From positions 1 through 64,000 of the forward strand of contig JALAGF010003803.1 of NCBI GenBank assembly GCA_030167865.1: DNA of 64,000 nucleotides. The letters run 5' to 3'. Position 1 is the first letter of the stretch; the number at the start of each line of letters is the position of its first letter. Source of the stretch: Craspedostauros australis. Lineage: Eukaryota. The position numbers and the translations under genes are program-made. The notes under the pieces are model-generated. The model did no database searches. It was not told the origin of the DNA and was given only the letters and a program-made list of their open reading frames with translations. Of this stretch, positions 58,147 through 64,000 are shown in pieces.

Positions 58147-59818
58147 ATGCAGGCCCAACACCCATCAACCCTCCTCTGTGTCTCCGATCACCTATCACAA
58201 CATTGTGAAGCCACGGGGGAGAGCATGATGGCACAACAGCAAGCATCAGCGTCCGCATCGTCGTCAACATCTTTGCCAAGCCTTGTTTCCGTACCCGACC
58301 TTGCGGTCGAAGGTATCAACGATAATGCCTTCAACCACACACAAGGTGCTCTCACTCGACGAGTCAGCAACTACAGCAGCGACAGCAGCAACAGCATCGA
58401 TATATATGAGGACACATGGTCCAACTTTCCCATCAGCTCAGCGGTGGACCGAAAAAGTCATGGGGCACGCAAGGTCGTGCAATGTCGCGAACGCATCGGG
58501 ACAACAGCACCAGCGGGGACCGCCACAGGGGAAACGCGATGGCACGATGACGACTTTCAAGTTCTGCGTCATTTGGGACAGGGGAATTACGGGGTTATCG
58601 TAAAAGCAAGCTACAAAAGGGGACGAGGACGGCTTGCCATCAAACAAATTGCTAAGGACCGCATCCTGCGGGATGAATACCGTGGACGCCGCGGATTCCA
58701 ATTATTGAGTCGGGAGATCGAGATTCACAGTCGGTACGTTTTGATGGTGCTCGTCATGCGCAGAGTTTGAAACATTGTGCCGGTCTCCATTTCGAACCGC
58801 CTTGCGTTGACGGATTGGCTGGGGCGGACAGTCATGGCTGTTCCTGAACCATGCTCGCGCATGGAAGAAACGCGTTTCCTCACATTTGCAGTCACATTCA
58901 TACTCGTACTCACACTATCGCTTGCTCTCGCCCACATCCGTGCTGCAATACATTGTAACACAACGTCATGACCACAGACTCAGACACAACAACATCGTCC
59001 GCTTCTTCGGGTACTTTCATTGCCGTGAGAATGTTCGCCTGGTTCTGGATTACGCACGTTTCGGCAACTTGCACACTTACATTCATCAGCATGAGAGAGG
59101 TGTGTTGGAACTTGGCCGCGCACGATCCTACTTGCGACAAGTCGCATCGGCGTTGAGCTACTTGGATGAGATGCAAATTTCGCATCGTGATATCAAGCAG
59201 GAGAACATCCTGATGACTTCCAAAGACACCCTGCAGCTGTGCGACTTTGGTTCCGCCGTGCGCTGGCGCAACACAGCAACACGCACAACCTTGTGCGGAA
59301 CTCCATTGTATGTGCCACCAGAGCTGCTCCAGGATGCGCCGCAGTACAACACCCGATACGTCGATTGGTGGGCCTTTGGGATTTTGGCCCACGAATTGAT
59401 CTTGACGGAAAGTCCATTTGAATGCGATGGTGCTGCTGCATTGCAGAGCAACAATCGTCATGAGATCTTTGCAAAGATCCGCAATCATCACGATTTGACG
59501 TTGCCTGCTTGTTGCGAAACAAACGCGCAGTCGTTCATCCAGCGATTGTTGCAGCGCACTCCTGAGGATCGCATGTCGCCGAAGGAAGCGCAGGCTCATC
59601 CATTCTTGGCTGAGCAACCGCAGCCAACGGCAACAGCATCAACAATGATGCAGGCGGAACCGTTCATCTACAGCACGCCCTGCAAGGCGACTTCCGTTGC
59701 GACTGCGAATCGCCCGTACGCATCATGGCAAAAGCGATCTCAAAGCCGTCGACGATTCTTGGGGGAAGGGGACAAGACCTGGTACGCCCCAATCAAGCGT
59801 CGTCGGTTGAGAGTGTAA
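58147..59818 (+). CDS. Aurora-like Ser/Thr kinase; exons 58147-58733, 58978-59818
   Basis: DDFQVLRHLGQGNYG, QLLSREIEIHSRLRHNNIVRFFGYF, HRDIKQEN, DFG, RTTLCGTPLYVPPE; start may be 58225. Confidence 0.85.
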
Positions 59819-60118
59819 TTGCACGAAGGCGTTGTCCAGCACATTCTTGCTAAGCTACAGACTACAATAATAAATAAGCAAGGTCTGTCGACACCTGAAC
59901 AAATCGGGATAGAATGTAATCGTACGAGTGGAGTGTTGAATAGTCTCATCTTGTGTTGGAAAGCAACAAGTTAATCGGCGCTCCACGTCTGCATACGAGT
60001 ATGATGGCAACAGCGCTCCACTGAAATCCCTGTATTGCAGCCACGAACATCAGCTAGAGATAAAGACGCACAAGATGTTCACGAACTGAACTAAATTGGA
60101 TCCTACTCGTGCAGTACT

Positions 60119-61540
60119 TCAGCATGCGGCTTCATGATCGGCGCCACGCAACGGTGTGCGGACGAAATGAATGTTGCACCATCCCTGATTGCCACGATGC
60201 GACCAGATTCGCGTTTCCCGAACATCTAGATCATCACGATCGTAGCTGACCGTGGCCTTGGTGCCCATGATGAATTCGATCTGGGCGTTGCGAATGTTGG
60301 TGGCATTGCCTGGTTGCTCCTGCTTTTGGAAGACGTCTTTCTCAGTGAAGAATTCACCGGCGCACAGACGTTGGTACTGGGTTTCGTCGTTGGTTTCGAC
60401 GGCTTGCAACAGCTTGGCGTTGGCGTGGAGGATGTCATCCTGCAGGAATGCATTCATCGCGGATTGGGTGTCGTCCCAAACCTCGTCCAGGGGTTGATCA
60501 GCTTCGATGTCCACGACGTTGAGGGAGGCAGTAGATTTTTCGATGATGCGCAGGGTGTCGATGACGGGCATCGTGTCGCCTTCGAATGTCGCGAAGCGCT
60601 TGCGCAAGCTCTCGAGGTTGTCGTCGGACCGTCCGGATTTCTTGGCGCGGCTGAGGATGCGTTGTTCGAGGACGTCGAGGGGGCACTGGTAGACGAGGAC
60701 GCCGAGGATGTTGGAGACGGATTGCATGCACTTGGTCCATCCCTCCAGGTTGTCAAAGTTGCGCGGAAAGCCGTCGACCAGGAAGATGAGGGACTTGCCG
60801 TCGGCCTCCTTCATGGCGTTCTGCAGCAAGGCCAGGGAGATCTCGACCGGCACGATCTTGCCACCCACGAGGCATTCCGATATGAGCTTGGCGTGCGGCG
60901 AGTCCTCCTTGCTGGCTTCGCTGCGCAGCAGCTCTCCGGCAGACAGATGCACGCATGGGTAATTTTGCAGGAGCAAATCGCTCTGGGTTCCCTTGCCGGC
61001 GCCAGGGCCGCCCAACACGAAGAGGACGCGATACTGACCATCGTCGTTGCTACCATCAGCGTCGCTATTGTTCTCACCGTCAGATGAAACTGCCCCGACA
61101 TTGATCCTGTACTTGAGCCCGCCGAAGTCCAGCAGATCCGAAGCATTGGCAATACCGAGCGATTCGCCCGCCACCTTCTCCATGAAGTCCGTGAGAGATT
61201 GCTGCGGTTCCGGCTCGATGGATTTGGTCGCCACGGATCGCAGAGTTTGGAATCGACGATTCCAGGACAGCGACAGCGATGATGCTGTTGATGAAGACGC
61301 TGTCGTGATGGACGCAGCGTTATGATCATACATTCCACCACGAATCTTGAGGAGTTGCGTTGCTGCTGCCGTGGAAGAGTACGCCGAAGCCGATGCTGCG
61401 GCGGCAACGGGGGAAGTCCTCGCGAAGGACGCAAAGGCGCGCGATCCCATGGCCTTGCTCGCGAGCACGAAGGAACTCGTCATGGCTGGTCGCTGCATCA
61501 GGATGGTGGAAACGAGCGCGATGGCCAACGTGTACTTCAT
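60119..61540 (-). CDS. Organelle-targeted UMP-CMP kinase (adenylate kinase family) fused to a C-terminal NTF2/CaMKII-association-like domain
   Basis: VLGGPGAGKGTQ, HLSAGELLR, FLVDGFPRN, GRSDDN (short LID); tail ANAKLLQAV..D...YQRLC...RETRIW...WCNIHF. Confidence 0.85.
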   Translation of the reverse strand: MKYTLAIALVSTILMQRPAMTSSFVLASKAMGSRAFASFARTSPVAAAASASAYSSTAAATQLLKIRGGMYDHNAASITTASSSTASSLSLSWNRRFQTLRSVATKSIEPEPQQSLTDFMEKVAGESLGIANASDLLDFGGLKYRINVGAVSSDGENNSDADGSNDDGQYRVLFVLGGPGAGKGTQSDLLLQNYPCVHLSAGELLRSEASKEDSPHAKLISECLVGGKIVPVEISLALLQNAMKEADGKSLIFLVDGFPRNFDNLEGWTKCMQSVSNILGVLVYQCPLDVLEQRILSRAKKSGRSDDNLESLRKRFATFEGDTMPVIDTLRIIEKSTASLNVVDIEADQPLDEVWDDTQSAMNAFLQDDILHANAKLLQAVETNDETQYQRLCAGEFFTEKDVFQKQEQPGNATNIRNAQIEFIMGTKATVSYDRDDLDVRETRIWSHRGNQGWCNIHFVRTPLRGADHEAAC

Positions 61541-62459
61541 CTTCGTTTTGGGTGTGATGCTCCGCTTCTTTCGCGAATTTGGGCTTGCTTTTCGCTTGGT
61601 CTTTCCACCGTTGGCTTCTGTCTTTGTTCCAACAATAGTATGGATTAAAATATAATATTGTACTGTATGCGTTGTTGCTTTGTCGGTGTTCGATGTAGTT
61701 GTCGGATTGATGGCGAGACTGATCGCGGCTACTCAATGAAGTGCCTGCAAGGAAGAATACATGATGATGATGATGATGGTGGTGGTGGGAACAACAACAA
61801 AGGATTCGACACGACACAACACCACACATCACGAGGCATCGGTGTGGTTGTTGGCAGTGCGTGTTGTTGAATGCACAAAGGATACCATCGTCACAGAGCC
61901 AACCAAAACGTGTTTGTTCGTGAATTGGCCAATCGGGCGACGAACAGACACCGTGTTTCTTCGCGCTTGCGACCGTCGACTGATTCGAATACACCAATGC
62001 GACAAAACAGGACGACCATGGCGCTCTTGATTTCTTGCGCCGTTCATCACTTCTCGATCAATTCTTGATCACGAAGTCGAACCACACCACCCCATCAGTC
62101 CGATACGACTACAATCACTGCATACTAGTGGACGTACACCGAAGGAGCTGCATCTTTGTCGTCACCTTTTCTCCAGCCACAACAAGAGACCAACTCAACT
62201 CGATCTTCGATACGGAACGACGTGTTGCTCCAGCATCCGCCAACGGCAAAAGCACCGAGTCTTTCAATTCATCAATTCGTCGATCGTGGTCGAGTAGAAT
62301 AGAATAGAGTGCTGCACTCTAACCAGATCGCTCCCGTCCATCAAGTTGCATTATTGACGCAGAAGCCCATCGTGATTGCAGCAGCATACAAATCACCGGC
62401 AGACACACACACGCGCACAGTCAAGCGACCAACTCCAAATAGAAGCACGCGCAGACACG

Positions 62460-62882
62460 ATGGCAACACCGGCCAGCAATCCAGGCGGCGCCATGGCAGC
62501 AGAAATCGACAAGGAGGTCGCCAAGTTCCGCGAAATCGAGCAGCAGATGCAGAAGGTCCAGAAGGATCTGCAGCTGGTCATTGGACAGCAGACGGAAAAT
62601 GAGATGGTCCAGATCGAGCTCAATCATCTCAATGCTGGCGACAACGTCTACAAGATGGTGGGGCCGGTCCTGCTCAAGAATTCGTTGGAGGATGCCAAGG
62701 AGACGGTGCAGAAGCGATTGGAGTTCATCCAGGCCGAACGAACGCGGCTGGAGACGAAGGGCAAGGATCTGGAAAGCAAGGGCAATGCCATCTCGGAAAA
62801 GGTGCAGCAGATGCAAACCAACCTGCAGCAGGCGACGGCAGCGGCTGTCAACGAAGTGGCACGGCAGGCTGGGAAGGTGTAG
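62460..62882 (+). CDS. PFDN6: Prefoldin subunit 6 (beta type)
   Basis: QQTENEMVQIEL, VYKMVGPVLLK, AKETVQKRLEFI. Confidence 0.92.
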   Translation: MATPASNPGGAMAAEIDKEVAKFREIEQQMQKVQKDLQLVIGQQTENEMVQIELNHLNAGDNVYKMVGPVLLKNSLEDAKETVQKRLEFIQAERTRLETKGKDLESKGNAISEKVQQMQTNLQQATAAAVNEVARQAGKV

Positions 62883-63253
62883 ATCGAATGGGCATGATGA
62901 ATCTACGACGGTAACGATCGAATGGCAGGAAGCTTGCGGCAACAAGACAAGCATACCAGCAACATCAGCGCTTGCTTATGGCAACAGAGTGTCACGATCA
63001 ATCATCACTAGAGTACATACCTTCCAATTCAACATGCAACAACCCATTGGACGCTCCCGCCAACCGAAGGATGCGACTGTAAAAGAAGATCGGCTTGCTA
63101 CTCTCTCTTTCTCTCGAAGAGGCCATAGTCTTGACTCTTTATGCTCTCTGTAGAACAAGACCAGTCGTATTTCTATATCACCCACATGGTAGCTGGTTGT
63201 CTTGTGTCATGAAACTACTGCTATGGTTAGGTACGACCACGATGCCTGCGTCT

Positions 63254-64000
63254 CTACTCTTCATCCGACCAATCAATGCCCATCTGCACTTGATCTTCTT
63301 CCGCCAACGCTTCCGGATTCTCGACGCCCGTTGGCTGCTGCTTGCGTTGCTTCTTGGCCTTCTTGCGTTGCTTCTGCTTCTTGGGCTGCTGTTCCGCGCT
63401 GCGTTTCTGCGCAGGTCGTGTCGCGACCTCCAAACGCTTCTCCTTCAACACGGCCGCGTTCCAGCGAGCTCCCATGCTCGGTGTTTGGATGGGCTTCAGG
63501 ATCTCCAACCGCTTCACATCCTTGGGTGCAATTTCGGTCAGCTTCGAGCGACCCAGCACGGCGGCCTTGCTGAAACGTTCCGCCATGTCGATGCAGCCCT
63601 TGGCGTAGGCTCTCCAGCGGGCGTTACGGGTGTCTTTGGCGAACTGTTGTGGATGTTTGTTAATTGTTGTGTTGTGTTGTGTTGTGTTGTCATGGATGGA
63701 TGATGGAAGAGAGGAGCCATGGAGGAGAAAGTGAGGGATGCTGGTTGGTCTCAGCAGTGAATGGCATTTGTTGCGTTGCAATTCCTTTGACAGGGGACTA
63801 CATTTCCACGTCTAGGCGCACGTTAATCCATGCCAACACCAAGGTCGGCAACAACGTCATGAAAACTCCAACCAACTGCAACCGCAAACATGACAGCAAG
63901 TCCAACAAATGCACTTGCAGCATGCACATCAACGTACCTTCCGCAACCGTTGCACCACCCGCACCGAGAACTCTGGGAAACCCGCCGAGTATCGGTACAG
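63254..64000 (-). CDS. NOC2: Nucleolar complex protein 2 (Noc2), 3' part; exons >64000-63938, 63643-63254
   Basis: YSAGFPEFSVRVVQRLRK|FAKDTRN...RSKLTEIAPKD matches the Noc2 C-terminus; intron 63937-63644. Confidence 0.72.

Noticed and set aside
1265-61087. Many long antisense ORFs (e.g. 1265-2116, 6646-7611, 12177-13217, 24819-25622, 44557-45468, 60314-61087)
   Set aside because: Shadow frames of real genes with GC-rich third codon positions
3971-61540. Apparent clustering of plastid-targeted genes (Tic20, PGAM, MSP, fibrillin, FBPase and others)
   Set aside because: They are interspersed with unrelated housekeeping genes; enrichment cannot be shown without genome-wide counts
1-64000. CRISPR arrays, transposons, rRNA or tRNA genes
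   Set aside because: No repeat-spacer array, transposase/RT motifs, terminal repeats or structural RNA signatures were seen by eye

Overview
Gene-dense eukaryotic nuclear DNA, most consistent with a diatom. The evidence is GT-AG introns, many bipartite signal-plus-transit presequences with the ASAFAP-type 'AF' motif, and a silicanin-like protein; the species cannot be named from sequence alone. About 31 protein-coding genes can be modelled, with introns of about 160-400 nt placed by hand. No rRNA, tRNA, CRISPR array or transposon was recognised. The strongest hidden signal is two genes that the ORF track truncates at in-frame TGA codons and that read straight through as probable selenoproteins. 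One is a peroxiredoxin-like (PRXL2/SelU-type) protein with a U-x-x-C motif (TGA 32929-32931). The other is a plastid-targeted membrane selenoprotein (MSP-like, TGA 50040-50042, minus strand). Each 3' UTR holds a SECIS-like AUGA/GA hairpin that lacks the canonical apical AA. Other notable architectures are a three-TM silicanin-like protein, a tandem-domain plastid phosphoglycerate mutase with a degenerate second active site and a CP12-like Cys tail, a signal-peptide-bearing proteasome-subunit-like protein, an FBPase with an atypical CRCC cluster, and a UMP-CMP kinase fused to a CaMKII-hub/NTF2-like domain. All family calls come from motif recognition by eye; no database searches were run.
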